Made by a program: the position numbers and the translations under genes
Notes under the pieces: generated by a model
The model's input: only the letters and a program-made list of their open reading frames with translations
Databases searched by the model: none
Told to the model about the DNA's origin: nothing
Part shown: positions 14,756 to 28,319 of the stretch, piece by piece
How positions within the stretch are numbered: position 1 is the first letter of the stretch
Layout: every line of letters begins with the position of its first letter
Assembly: GCA_964016885.1 (NCBI GenBank)
Contig: OZ024743.1
Location: forward strand, 236,096,001-236,160,000
From: Eledone cirrhosa
Lineage: Eukaryota
Reading direction: 5' to 3'
DNA length: 64,000 nucleotides

Positions 14756-15074
14756 ATCACAAAAGTGGAGGCCCCCAAGTTAGATGGAGAGTATTTTCAG
14801 CTTCAAATATATACACGAACATCAATAGGAGTATCCATCAGCTTCTGTGTTACCACAGCCTCGGGTCGACCCAAGCTTTGTAATATTTTGGGTAGACAAG
14901 AACTGTTTGGTAACCCGTCCTGTGGAATCTCCCTGAGAATTGCGTCAGGTGTACACATGTCTTTGGAATGCTCAGTCACTTTACAATAATACCATAATAC
15001 CTGTAATTCAAGGGGCCAGCAATAATTAATTATATTTATTGTTTATATTTTCATGCTGAAACAATTTCTGGGGC

Positions 15075-15452
15075 AGTAGCAGCAGCAGTAGTAGTAGTAG
15101 TAACAGTAGTAGTAACAGTAGTAGTAGTAGTAACAGTAGTAACAGTAGTAGTAACAATAGTAGTAGTAGTAACAATAGTAGTAGTAGTAGTAACAATAGT
15201 AGTAGTAGTAGTAACAATAGTAGTAGTAGTAACAATAGTAGTAGTAGTAACAATAGTAGTAGTAGTAACAATAGTAGTAGTAGTAACAGTAACAGTAGTA
15301 GTAGTAGTAGTAGTAGTAGTAACAGTAGTAGTAGTAACAGAAGTAGTAGTAGTAGTAACAATAGTAGTAGTATTAGTAACAATAGTAGTAGTAGTAGTAA
15401 CAATAGTAGTAGTAGTAGTAGTAGTAACAATAGTAGTAGTAGTAGTAATAGT
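15075..15452. repeat. (TAG)n/(TAACAA) microsatellite
   Basis: Direct reading; source of the poly-L and poly-T ORFs. Confidence 0.95.
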
Positions 15453-17369
15453 ACATGCCATGTCTCTCTTTCACTCACTGTCTCTCTTGCTCTACCAATC
15501 TCTCATTATTATGAACAAATAGGGTCCACACTCGCTGGCGGCCCCGACAGAATAGAGAAGGCTTTTCCCCGGATAGTGAAGGGGTCCTGTGAACAACTTG
15601 TACTGTTACTGTGTTAATGAAACAACATATAGGGCCACTTACATCATGGACATATGTAGTCCAATGTTTAGTACAGGCACACGACTATATTGCAGTAAAC
15701 AAAGTGTGGAGCCAATAACAAGATGATGATGATTGTTATTTTCCACGAGGGCATAGCATGAAGGGGACATTAGAAACTAGTTACTACATTATAGTAGGGG
15801 GTTTACATAGAAATGAGAAAATTAGTAACAAGTATAATACACTCGGGTCCTAAATAATAGGGGTGGGTGGAATAAGTGGGAGAAATCGATCATGTTTCTA
15901 GGTTGTCTCTATTGATTTAAAAAAAAAACAGAATTAGTCGTTTAGTTTACATATTGAGACCCCAAACCATCCTATTTATTTTATAACACATGGGATTTCT
16001 AGTAAATGTACTTTTTTGTCCTGTATAAAGAGAGTTGTCGCAGTAATGCTACCACTTAAAATAACATTTCACTGGAGACAGATTAGCCAAAATTAATAAG
16101 TGGAAGGTGGGACGATTATTGGAGACCCTAGAGTATGTACACATAATACATACAGGAATCCCAATTGTACACTATTATATAAGGTGTTCAGTCCTCGTGG
16201 TACAGAGAGTTAAATACCTAAGGCTATATGAGGAACACCACAGCTCCATTAAGCTGAGAAGGGTTTCTTTCTTTATTCAGACAACAAGGCTAACAATTTA
16301 GGGGAGGGGAAGTCGATTAAATCGACCCCAGTGTGTTACTGGTACTTTATTTTATCGACCCCACAAAGATGAAAGGCAATAGTAATAGTATTCACTTTTT
16401 TATTGACCACCTGGGCCAAGGGTTCAAACAAAAGCGAACCTAAGAGTAAAAGGGCAGGGGGTGGGGGCTGGTGGTTTAACAATAAGGACTCAATGATAAT
16501 TGTTTCTAATTTTGACACAAACCCAATAATTTCATTAATTTGCCACAAGGGTCCCAGATGAACGGAACATTACAAGGACATGTTACATAACATGTGGGAA
16601 CAAAGGTGATGAGGACGATAGAAGGCCAACATTGACAGAGGTGTGGGTCTACCTGTGCTCATTTTCTATCATTGGGACCAAAACATCAAATGTTGGGGAG
16701 GACAAGGAACAGGCAATTAATCATATCGATTATTTGATTTGATTGGTTTTATCGATTTTGTTGTCCCCCCCCCCCCTTCCTACTCGGTTGGATGGGGGCA
16801 CAAAATCAACTACAGGGAGATTTGACCTGATAAACTAATACGTATAGATTTTGCGGGGCGCTCAACCGATTATTCCAACTCACTTATCCCACCAACGGGA
16901 GATCCACTTGGCCACGAGATCGAGTTAAACAACAGCTTTTATTTATTGTTTATATGGTCAGCTTCGGAAGAGTGGACACAGCATGGTTGAGTGGTTAAGA
17001 AGTTCGATTAGCAATCAATAAATCCCTAGTTCAACCCGAGTGATATCTTGGTTGTGTGTGTACCACAGCCTCAGGCTTACCCAAGCTTTGTAATATTTAG
17101 GGTAGACAAGAACTGTTTAGTAACCCATCCAGTGGACTGTACCTGTAATTCAAAGGGACAGCTGCGTCTCACACTGTGTCATGCTGAATCTCACTGAGAA
17201 TTACATTAAGTGAACACGTGGCTGTGGAATGCTCAGTCACTTAAACACTAAATGGACTGCACCTGTAATTTAAAGGGCCAACCTTGACTACCTGTAAATT
17301 AAAGGGCCAATCTTGACTACCTGTAGATTAAATGGTCAGTCATGTCACACACTGGATTTCTTAGCCACT

Positions 17370-17575
17370 GACTGTACCTGTACAAGGTGGTCTGTACGTG
17401 TAATTTAGAGGGTGAGTCTTGTCTGTACCTGTACAAGGGGGACTCTACCTGTAATTTAGAGGGTCAGTCTTGTCTGTACCTGTACAAGGGGGACTCTACC
17501 TGTAATTTAGAGGGTCAGTCTTGTCTGTACCTGTACAAGGGGGACTCTACCTGTAATTTAGAGGATCAGTCTTGT
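17370..17575. repeat. 51-bp tandem repeat, about 4 copies
   Basis: ctgtacctgtacaagggggactctacctgtaatttagagggtcagtcttgt repeated. Confidence 0.85.
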
Positions 17576-18564
17576 CACAAAGTGTCACACTGAATCTTCC
17601 TGGAAACTATATTAAGTAAGACAGTGATTATATTCTGAGTTCAAATTCCACCGAGGTCAACTCAACCTTTCGTCCTTGCAGGGTCGATAAAATAAGTTAC
17701 CATCCAGTATTGGGGTGATACGGTGTTCCCATAAAACTGATCTTCTACCTAAATTAGAGACTATATTTCCTGTTCTTTATCATCTCGTTTCAAATCCCAC
17801 CGGAAACCAGTTGCCTTTCATCCTTGTGGTATTCGATAAGTAAAATACCAATCAAGTATGTAGTTCGATATACCCCCCCCCCACACACACACACACATAC
17901 ATACATACAATGTATATATACATACATCCCCCTCTACACACATACATATATATATATATATACATCCCCCTCTACACATACATATATATACATACATCCC
18001 CCCTCTACCCACATACGTATATATACATACATCCTTTCCACACACGTGTATACATACAGCCCTCCACACACACATGTATATACATACACACCTACACAGA
18101 TAATTGTTTCTACTTTTGGCACAAGGCCAGCAAATACCCAGTACATTACTAGTACTTTATTTTTTCGACCCCGTAAGGGTGAAAGGCAAAGTTAACCTCG
18201 GCGGGACACCTACACAGATAATGAGAATGTGTTAGACAGGTAACTCCCACCTGTTGTAACACAGTGTTAAGACTATTGAGATATCTTAATTTAGGAGTTC
18301 AAATCACAGTACATGGAATCACTTTATGTGAAAAGACAGACACTCGTTGATGTGTCTGTTTAACTACTTTCAATTGTGTAACTAATACACACATGTGGCT
18401 CACTTTTTTCAGTCATTAAGAGAATAAAAAATACACTTTAGTATTGAATATTTTTTCCTCGTGTTTGCAAATGAAAATGTATATACATATATATATAAGC
18501 AAAAGGGATATTTAATTTGTTGGTAATTCAACAAATATATATATATATATACACATACGTTTAG

Positions 18565-18750
18565 TTCTTGTATGGTGATGATGTGAGCAGGTGAAACTCC
18601 AGAGTAACAAGACTCACTATTTAGCCATAATAAATGAAAATATATATATATCCGTATTTGGTTGACAGCTGAAAGAAAAGAGTACTCAATACCGAAGTAG
18701 AGTTTTAATATGATGAGCCTGTGATAAACAGGCGAAACTCCAGTTTCTTT
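18565..18750 (+). ncRNA. Two degenerate type-I hammerhead copies
   Basis: Copy 1 keeps stem I tcttgt/acaaga and GAAA-ctc-ca-gag-TA; copy 2 keeps aTGATGA-gcctg-tgataaa-caggc-GAAA-ctc. Confidence 0.55.
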
Positions 18751-18826
18751 TTAGCTATAATAAATTATATATACATATATATAAAATTTAGATATACACA
18801 CATGTATAAATATACATATATTTAGA

Positions 18827-18860
<34 letters not shown>

Positions 18861-19521
18861 GCGGAAATCGCTTACTGTGATCACTTTGTGACGAAGTCTT
18901 CTCGATAGCAACTGCCTAATAACAGAATCGGGGTTCCCACTAATTTTGATAACACTAACCGGTTAATAAGGGGCTGCCACGATTAAAAGCTTCCTCGCAC
19001 TTTGTTTTAATAGATTTAGGACCTAACATGTTTAAAGTTATAGAAAACATATATTTTCCAACATATATTTTTAATAAACGTCCACATTATTTCTGAAATA
19101 TAGAAAATGTTTCCACATGTGTTTTTTCTCGTTTTAACAAGCTTATAATGAACTTAAAAGTCCAACGAGGTATATAACATATAAACATACACACCACAAA
19201 TGTCTGTATATACTATATACTAACATAGCTTGAAGAGGGGGCACGATTGAAACTTCGAAGTCACTGTCTCGTTTTAATTCAGATTATCTTACACTCTCTT
19301 CACATGTATTGAGTACTTAATCCTCAAACGTTCTATATACAGTAGTACATATAAGCTCACTCCAGTATATGTATTATACATACAGAGATAAAACGTCCCA
19401 AGGCAGACATGAAAACATGTAGACGACTATAACAAAGTTTCTCCCGTTAAAGACAGTTATAATGAATAACAGTTAAACTAATTACATAGCATGTACTTGC
19501 TTTAACCCTACCATACCATAC

Positions 19522-19568
<47 letters not shown>

Positions 19569-19756
19569 CGTGATGTGTACTGAAGGTACTGAGGTGGCTA
19601 TTTTAAATACTAGTCTACATAAAATGTTCCAGCATTAACTGAATGAGTACGCAATACTTGTAAGTAGAGGGTAAGATTATTTTTTGAAGCAAAAAGCAGT
19701 GGCTTCGAAGTTTCATCGATATATATATATATATGTAACAATTTTTATTCACATGA

Positions 19757-19790
<34 letters not shown>

Positions 19791-20090
19791 ATTAGAAACA
19801 CATATATATGCTTGTAATCAAACACTATCAGGACAGTTATTTCAACTTAGAGTTCGATACTTTAAACAAAGTAGAGTTTACATGTAAGCTCCACTATATA
19901 TATATATATATATATATATAAGAATTAAAATACTTGAGTGTGTTGGAGTTAAACACCCTCTTCGTATTATATATATATATATATAGTTAAACGGAGCCAT
20001 AAAAATATATTCTATACAACCCATGTGTGTGTGTGTATATATATATATATATAATTTTTTTAATAAAATGTAGGTCGGTTATGTTCTTAC

Positions 20091-20195
20091 CCTGTTAGCT
20101 CGATCGGTTTCTGAATGCTTCAGACCAAAATTAAGAACTTTAGAATGTTGAGATACAATGCCAAGAGGCTCGAATTCGGGGGCCGGCTCCGACAT
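20091..20195 (-). CDS. Candidate first coding exon of an unidentified host gene (MSEPAPEFEPLGIVSQHSKVLNFGLKHSETDRANR)
   Basis: gaaaATG context, 35 open codons, ends at AGG|gtaag donor; non-repetitive and more GC-rich than its flanks. Confidence 0.45.
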
Positions 20196-21099
20196 TTTCG
20201 GAGAGAGATCTTCCGTCAAGTAAGTGGGAACCTGCTACAGTGAACAGTGTTTTGAAGTGGTGAGTAGTGGGGAGAATAGACTAGACAGAGAGAGAGGAGA
20301 TGTAGGAGTTGTGTGAGAGGAAGTGAAAGTGTGTGGTAGAGGGTGAGGAGGAAGGAACTAACAGACTGAGAGAGAGGGGAAGCGAGAGTGTGAGAGGAAA
20401 TGAGAGAGTGTGGGAGAGGGAGAGAACTAAACAGATTGATAGAGAGAGAAAGTGAGAGTGTGTAAGACGAAATGAGAGAGTGGGCGAGAGGGAGAGAAGT
20501 AAACTAATAGAGAGAAGGAGTGAGAGGAAATAAGAGTGTTTAGGGAACGAACAGACTGATAGAGAGAGAGAGGGGGAGAGTGCTAAAATGAATTTATGTG
20601 AGAGAATGGGAGAGAGAGTGTGTGAGAGAGGGAGTGAGATAGAAAAGAGAGAGGTGCCGAGAGAAAAAAGAAAAGTTGAGATAGCGAGAGAAAAAGAGAG
20701 TGAGAAGGAAAAGGAAGAAAGTGTATTTGACAACGTATGATATATGAATAGAACTGAGTGAGAGAGAGAGAGTGTATGTGTATACGTGTATATATATATA
20801 TATATATATGTATATAGCCACCTTAAAGTACTTTTTCCTAAATATTATACCATGCTTGCAGCATAGAGTTATGGCCCTTTACATTCTGAGCTCAATTCCT
20901 GCCGAGGTTAACTTTACCTTTCATCCTTACGGGGTCGATAAAATAAAGTACCAGTAATGTACTGGGTGATTGCTGGCCTTGTACCAAAAGTAGAAACATT
21001 TATGTAAACATGTACAAAATACTGTTTCTCAAACGATATATCGCTCTCTCTCTCTCTCTCTCTCTCTCTGTATATATATATATATATCTTTTAATTTGG

Positions 21100-22620
21100 G
21101 TGATGTTTGTGTGTGTGTGCGTGTGTGTATAAGCGAGTGTATTAAAAAAAGGATGAACGTGTTTCTGTGTTATGAACGTGTGTATGTGTGTGGTGAACGT
21201 GTGTGTGTGTGGTGTACGTGTGTGTGTGGTGAACGTGTGTGTATGTGTGTGGTGAACGCGTGTGTGTGTGTGTGTGGTGAACGTCTGTGTGTGTGGTATA
21301 TTTGTGTGTGTGTGTGGTGTACGTATGTGTGGTGAACGTGTGTGTATGTGTGTGTGGTATATGTGTATGTGTGTGGTGAACGTATGTGTATGTGTGGTGA
21401 ACGTGTGTGTATGTGTGTGGTGAACGTGTGTGTGGTATATGTGTGTGTGGTGAACGTGTGTGTATATGTGTGGTGAACGTGTGTATGTGTGTGCGTGTGT
21501 AGTATATGTGTGTGCGTGTGTGTGTAAGCGAGTGTATTAAAAAAAGGATGAACGTGTTTCTGTGTTATGAACGTGTGTATGTGTGTGGTGAACGTGTGTG
21601 TGTGTGGTGTACGTGTGTGTGTGGTGAACGTGTGTGTATGTGTGTGGTGAACGCGCGTGTGTGTGTGGTGAACGTCTGTGTGTGTATGTGTGTGTGGTAT
21701 ATTTGTGTGTGTGTGTGGTGTACGTATGTGTGGTGAACGTGTGTGTATGTGTGTGTGATATATGTGTATGTGTGTGGTGAACGTATGTGTATGTGTGGTG
21801 AACGTGTGTGTAGTATATGTGTGTGTGTGTGGTGAACGTGTGTGTATATGTGTGGTGAACGTGTGTATGTGTGTGCGTGTGTAGTATATGTGTGTGCGTG
21901 TGTGGTGTATGTGTGTGGTGAACATGTGTGTGGTGAACGTGTGTGTGGTGAACATGTGTGTGGTGAACGTATGTGTGGTGAACGTGTGTGTATGTGTGGT
22001 GTATGTGTGTGGTGAACGTATGTATGTGTGTGGTGAACGTGTGTGTATGGTGTGTGGTGAACGTGTGTGTATGTGTGTGGTGAACGTATGTATGTGTGTG
22101 GTGAACGCGTGTGTATGGTGTGTGGTGAACGTGTGTGTATGTGTGTGGTGAACGTGTGTGTATGTGTGGTGAACGTGTGTGTGTGTATGTGTGTGGTGAA
22201 TGTGTGTGGTCAACGTGTGTGTATTTGTGGTGAACGTGTGTGTATGTGTGTGGTCAACGTGTGTATGTGTGTGGTGAACGTGTGTGGTGAACGTGTTTGT
22301 ATGTGTGTATGTGTGTGTGGTGAACGTGTGTGAATGTGTGTGGTGAACGTGTGTATATTTGTGGTGAACGTGTGTGTATGTGTGTGGTGAACGTGTGTGT
22401 ATGTGTGGTGAACGTGTGTATGTGTGTGGTGAACGTGTGTGTACGTGTGTGGTGAACGTGTTTGTATGTGTGTATGTGTGTGTGGTGAACGTGTGTGTAT
22501 GTGTGTGGTGAACGTGTGTGTATTTGTGGTGAACGTGTGTGTATGTGTGTGGTGAACGTCTGTGTATGTGTGGTGAACGTGTGTGTATGTGTGTGGTGAA
22601 CGTGTGTGTATGTGTGTGTA
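21100..22620. repeat. GT-rich minisatellite (gtgtggtgaacgtgtgt) with an internal ~410-bp duplication
   Basis: Block aagcgagtgtattaaaaaaaggatgaacg occurs at ~21130 and ~21527. Confidence 0.9.
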
Positions 22621-23084
22621 AAAACACAGATTGAAAGACAGGGAAAACAGGAGGAAATTGTAAGTGTGATAGACAGATAAAACAGAGAGAGGGATTAGGA
22701 GAAAGTATGTCTAAGGGAAGGAGTGTGTGAGAGAATAGAGAGAGGGGCAGAGTGAAAGTAGAAGAGAGAGAAGAGTGACAGTAGTAGATAGATAGACACA
22801 ATAGAGAGAGGGGGAGTGATAGTAGTAGATAGATAGACAAATAGTGAGAGGAGGAGTAAAAATGTGATAAAGAAATTAGAGTAAAGAAGAAAGAGTAAAT
22901 GTATGATAGACAGACACAATAGAGAGAGGGGTAGTAACAGTGGTAGATAGATAGACAGACACAACAGATGAGAGGGGGGGTGACAGTGGTAGATAGATAG
23001 ATAGACAGACACAATAGAGAGAGGGGGAGTGACAGTGGTAGTAAGATAGACCGACACAATAGAGAGGGGGGAGTGACAGTGGTA

Positions 23085-23372
23085 GATATATTTCTTTATT
23101 TGCCACAGGGGCACAAAAGAAGGGGACAAATACAAAGGGGGAAGTTTACATACAATAAAAACGTGTAAAATGTTATCACAGATGGAATTTAAAAGTTAGT
23201 CGATTTTCCCCAATAGAGGGAGACAGTTTATATGGGTAACACATACCCCCGAAAAAAAATGTGCAACCCTCATCTCCAGGAGTACGAAGAGCTTGTACTC
23301 CTTTCCTCTCCTCCTCCTTTTCCTCAACCTACAGGCTGATATAGAGAGAAGGCCCATTCACTCGGGCCATTC
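23085..23372 (-). mobile_element. 5'-truncated 3' end of the Tx1-like LINE inside a GATA-containing minisatellite
   Basis: Similar to 63065-63345; gtggtagata occurs on both flanks (possible TSD). Confidence 0.75.
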
Positions 23373-23859
23373 GTGGTAGATAGATAGATAGACAGACACA
23401 ATACAGAGAGGGGGAGTGACAGTGGTAGATAGATAGACAGACAAAATAGAGAGAGAGGGGGAATGACAGTGGCAGAGGGACGGAAAGAGAGTGATGGTGA
23501 AAGGGAATAAGAATAAAGAGTGGGGAGTGAAAGAGTAATAGATAGATAGAAAGAAAAAGAAATTAGATAGAGAGATAGTAATAGTGTGATAGAAAAATAC
23601 TTGGAATAGAGGGGGGAGGAGTGGAAGAAAGGGAAACAAAGAGATCCGAAAGCCGGTTACTTCCTCCTAGTTTACAAACTTTTCGCCAGGTTGTGCCACC
23701 ATCTGCTCCTGTTTATTTAACTCTGTTATGGCTAGATTTTTCTAATAAAATCTTTGACTTCAGCCAAGACCTTTGATCTAAGATATTCCAGTCGTGACCA
23801 TCCCATCCTCTTTTCCGACCAAATGTATCCTCCGTCGGTTTCGACGAAGGGCAAACAAA

Positions 23860-24368
23860 CCTTTTCCTATGGATTATGAACCTTTGGTAATGACCAAAAG
23901 AATACGAACGCGAATACAAGCGGCCGAAATGTGGTTCGTCCGAAAGGTCTTTGGAGTAACGTTACTCGATAAAGTGTGTAGCTTAGAGATGAGAGAGTCA
24001 CTCCATGTAGAGCCGCTACTTCTCCGAATTGAGAGATTACAGCTCCGATACTATGGACATGTGGTTAGACTGTCTCAGGAAAGAATCACTGGGTAGATTT
24101 TACGGCAAAATCAACCGACAGAAGACCCCAAGCAAGATGGTTGGATAACATCCATGAGCTTGACTGGTCTCGCTTTGGGATCCAGCCAGATCAGTTGGTG
24201 ACAGTTGCTTCTGACAGGACCCACTGGAAGGAGTGTTTAAGGACGCTGTCCCCACGACCCTCTCAGGAATATGTGGGTGAAGAAGAAGAAGAAGAAGAAG
24301 AAGAAGAAGAAGAAGAAGAAGAAGAAGAAGAAGAAGAAGAAGAAGAAGAAGAAGAAGAAGAAGAAGAA
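23860..24368 (+). pseudogene. RTE-clade LINE 3' end with (GAA)n tail
   Basis: RIQAAEMWFVRK...VEPLLLRIERLQLRYYGHVVR, then (gaa)n at 24278-24368; degenerate sister copy at 38270-38716. Confidence 0.85.
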
Positions 24369-24639
24369 AAGTGGCAGAGTATTCCACAGACATGTGTACC
24401 TTTAATGTAATTCTTAAGCAGAAACAAGGTGAGACAATATATGAGGCCGGACCATGGAATTATAGATATAATCAATCTTGTATTTATTGTGGTTATTTGA
24501 CAGACACGTGTACTCTCAACGTAACTACCAAACATAATCAGTGAATGTCATACAATATGTGATAAGGTCAGAACTTTGAATTACATTCAATGGGTTTCTA
24601 TACAGCTTCTGTCAACCAAATTTAACTGAAAGGGCTTGG

Positions 24640-24800
24640 GTCGACTCGAGGTTGGTCTCTCGTCTAACGTCTGTCTCAAGTTGACCCGAGGCTGGTCTCG
24701 TCTACGGTCTATCTCAAGTTGACCCGAGGCTGGTCTCTCGTCTAAGGTCTATCTCAAGTTGACCCGAGGCTGTTCTATCGTCTAAAGTCTGTCTCAAGCT
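24640..24800. repeat. ~40-bp tandem repeat
   Basis: tcgtctaaggtctatctcaagttgacccgaggctggtctc, about 4 copies. Confidence 0.85.
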
Positions 24801-24936
24801 AGGAGGTTCGCCAGGCCGGTACTTATCCCGGTTACATGGTGTGAAGCGACTGAGTGTACATGACTTCTCCCTGGACAGGATGACAGTCCATTCTAGGGTT
24901 AAACCCCTATCTATAGCTGGTACTCGTTTTCAGCAG

Positions 24937-25536
24937 TGAAGGCGCGTGGCTTAGTGGTTAGAGCGTTGAGCTTACAATCGTGAGGTTGTGAGTTCGGTTC
25001 TCGGACTAGACTTTGCGTTATGTTCTTGAGCAAGACACTTTATTTCACGTTGTTCCAGTTCACTCAGCTGTAGAAATGAGTTGTGACGTCACTGGTGCCA
25101 AGCTGTATCAGCCATTGTCTTTCCCTTGGACAACATCAGTGGTGTGAAGAGGAGAGATTGGTATACATGGGATACTGCTGGTCTTCCACAAACACATCTT
25201 GCCCAGGCTGTGCCTCGAAGGGGAACTTTCTAGGTGTAAATCCCATGGTCATTCGTGACCGAAGGGTGTCTTTACCTTTATCCATTTTTTCAATTGAGTA
25301 TACTGGAGCATCGTGAAATGAAATGTTTTGCTCAAGAACACAACACACAACCCGACGCAGGAATCGAACCCACGACATTATGATTGTAAGTTCAGTACAT
25401 TTACCACTTGGCAACGCGCCTCCACGACCCAAGACTATAGTAAATAACACTTGCCCTAGATACGACGCAGTGTAATCGAACTTGGGACGTCATGGTTGTG
25501 AAGCCAATTTCCTAACCACCCTACATTTCCTGTGTC

Positions 25537-25588
<52 letters not shown>

Positions 25589-26330
25589 GTGTGACAGGTC
25601 ACACCTATGCCGGTTTTGCTGGCCTCCTCCAAGGTATATCTCGTTGGAGGTGTCTTGGGTAATTTAATGATAGAGACCCCAGTCCTATCATCTCATTTCT
25701 ACAGCTGAATAAACTGGAGCAACGTGAAATAAAGTGTCTTGCTCAAGGAAACAACACATACCCGGTCCGAGAATTGAACTCACAACGTTTCGATTGCCAG
25801 CCCAATGCTCTAACCACTAAGCCATGTACCTTCACCCTGTGTCCAGTATATTTCTATAATTGCACTTTGACTAGTAGAGGCACTCAACCGTGTGGTTAGG
25901 GGTGTTGGACACAGGATCGTAGGGTCATGGGCTCGATTCCTCGACCATGTAGCATGTTGTGTCCTAGAGCAAAAACACTTCACATCTCGTTGATTCAGTT
26001 CACTCAGCTGAAACTGTGCACCAGCAACAGCAGCTCTGTGTTAAACTTTCTATGGACTAGCGTCCCATCCAGGGGCAGTGGTATTAATACTCTACTCTTA
26101 GTCGCTTTATATTTAACGATCGACTTTCGTCAAATCGGACCAAGGAAACAATGTTTCCGTTGGTCTTTCCAATTGCTAATACTATCTATCGGTCGCAATT
26201 CCAGGTTGAAGGAGCAACGTGAAATAAAGTGCCTTGCTCAAGGACATAACGCATAATCCGGTCCGGGAATCGAACATACAAGCTCAAGATTGCGAATCCA
26301 ATTCTCTAACCACTCAGCTACACGCCTTCA
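24937..26330. mobile_element. Cluster of tRNA-derived SINE family A copies in both orientations
   Basis: Copies at about 24937-25280(+), 25295-25422(-), 25595-25833(-), 25877-26075(+), 26205-26330(-), with A/B-box-like heads and the gagcaagacactttatttcac core. Confidence 0.8.
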
Positions 26331-26649
26331 CAAAAATAAAGATGACCTCCAGTCGGATTAGCTTCTTTTGCCTAGGACAGACTTATTATTTTTTTAATTG
26401 TACCTATATACAAACACTAAGTGGCGAATTGGCAGAGTCGTTAGAACATCGGGTTGGATATTTTGTAATGTTCGTTCTGACTCTCTGCTCTCTGAGTTCA
26501 AATTACGCCGGGGTCAACTTTGCCTTTCATCCATTCGAGGTCAATAAAAAAAAGTACCAGTCAAATACTGGTGACAATTCTTCCTCTATACCTCTTACTC
26601 TCTATCCTTCTCTGGAAAACCTGGATTGGAGATGGGCTCAGACAGGATT

Positions 26650-26845
26650 TAATAATTGTTTCTACTTTTGGCACAAGGCCAGCAATTACCCCAGTATATT
26701 ACTGGTACTTTATTTTATCGACCCCGTAAGGATGAACGGCAAAGTTAACCTCGGCGGAATTTGAACTCAGATCGTAAAGGCCCGTAACTCCATGCTGCAA
26801 AGCATGGCGTCCGACCCTCTACCGATACTGCCAATCCACCACCCT
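26650..26845 (-). mobile_element. SINE family B, near-complete
   Basis: Very similar copies at 29830-30060(-), 30145-30345(-) and 42755-42930(+); tRNA-like head with gttcaaat B-box. Confidence 0.8.
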
Positions 26846-26922
26846 TCAGTCAGGATTTAATAATGCCTTAGAAACGGCGTATGACAATATGGCGCCCACC
26901 ACTCAGGAGTTACGGGTCCATC

Positions 26923-27007
<85 letters not shown>

Positions 27008-27069
27008 CATTCCTTTTAAACTGACCAACCAGAATATAACTGATTCCTATAATTCCAAAATTTGAAACT

Positions 27070-27105
27070 ACACTGATGATACTGGTGAGGCTGAAACATG
27101 TATGT
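27070..27105 (+). ncRNA. Minimal type-I hammerhead motif (stem II degenerate)
   Basis: aca-CTGATGA-tactggtgaggct-GAAA-catg-TA-tgt. Confidence 0.6.
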
Positions 27106-27571
27106 CATGGCAACCTTATTGAATAAAGACAAAATATATCAACCATGGTATTACATGTTTCTAGTGCAGAACCATTGTTTTCGTGAAAAGAAGAGAAATC
27201 GTTAAAATATTGTTAAAGATATATTTCTTTATTTGCCACGTGGTTCTGTCTTTGCGCGTAATTGTTTTTCACCGCTCCTATTAATGACGTATTATTCGTT
27301 CTTTCCCGTTCTTTGCCAGCGAACGTTTCCACGAACCAAAGTATCGTCTTCCTGTCTTCCTCCGGTTGCAACGTTTTTTGAAATATCCAGTTCTGCGTTT
27401 ACAGATTGACTTTGTTAGTTTCAGAAGATCCCGTTAAGGGTGAAAGCAGCGATTCTTTGCTTAAACTTTAATCTGTTATTTTAATAAATATTTGCTCTAC
27501 GGTTCTTATATATTTGATATATATTTATCCTTATCGAGCCCTCTTCGGATTTTAGTCTTCAAATATATTAT

Positions 27572-27617
<46 letters not shown>

Positions 27618-27619
<2 letters not shown>

Positions 27620-27902
27620 CGAAATTTAATATAGAAATGGCTTCTACAAGACTAGAACTGTTTCATTCGAATGAAATCATCGGAAAGCCGACCTATATTG
27701 TAATGCGGTGGTATTTGTATTTTGGTGGTGGTGGGGGGGATCTCAGTTCCTTAAAATCCACCAGCCCATCCTTAAAATCACCATCTTCCCCACATACAAA
27801 ACATACAAGTACCACCGCATTACAATACAGGTCGGCTTTCCCGATGATTTCTTTCGAATGAAACAGTTCTAGTCTTGTAGAAGCCATTTATATTAAATTT
27901 CG

Positions 27903-27905
<3 letters not shown>
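27618..27905. repeat. Fold-back element in (TA)n with a hammerhead in each arm
   Basis: ~100-bp near-identical inverted arms; ggcttt-CCGATGA-tttc-attc-gaat-GAAA-cag..ttg-TA-gaagcc at 27639-27689(-) and 27834-27885(+). Confidence 0.85.
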
Positions 27906-27995
<90 letters not shown>

Positions 27996-28032
27996 ATTTG
28001 AAAATTGCAAACTTGACTGTCACCACAGAATA

Positions 28033-28071
28033 TGAACCTGAAGATTGCGAAAGCATGAAAGTACTTGTTCA
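28033..28071 (+). ncRNA. Minimal type-I hammerhead ribozyme motif, intact core
   Basis: Stem I tgaac/gttca, CTGAAGA, stem II t-tgc-GAAA-gca-t, GAAA, palindromic stem III gtac, CUU triplet. Confidence 0.8.
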
Positions 28072-28319
28072 ATTAACACTTAACATTTAATATTCTACCA
28101 TAATATTTCATTCTAATAACATTATAATTTTAAAGGATTGTAAATAAAACGCGTAAATCAGACAAAGTTGGAATTCCTTTTATTAATATATATATATATA
28201 GAGAGAGAGAGAATTAGTATATCTACTAACATATATAAACAGATGCATACCTATGCCAGCAAATATATAGGTTTTGTCTTAGTAACTTTGTGGTTCAATG
28301 CATGGGGATGCAGAACAAT

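Noticed and set aside
19225-19430. Further hammerhead-like remnants (gaaacttcgaagtc; gaaaacatgtagacg), also at ~2160, 36245-36304(-), ~44120 and 56965-57140(-)
   Set aside because: Core or stems too decayed to call individually; probably old copies of the same class.
21170-23059. 629-aa ORF
   Set aside because: Translation of GT/GA minisatellites.
24937-25010. tRNA gene
   Set aside because: The tRNA-like head continues into a SINE body present in many diverged copies; no proper acceptor stem.
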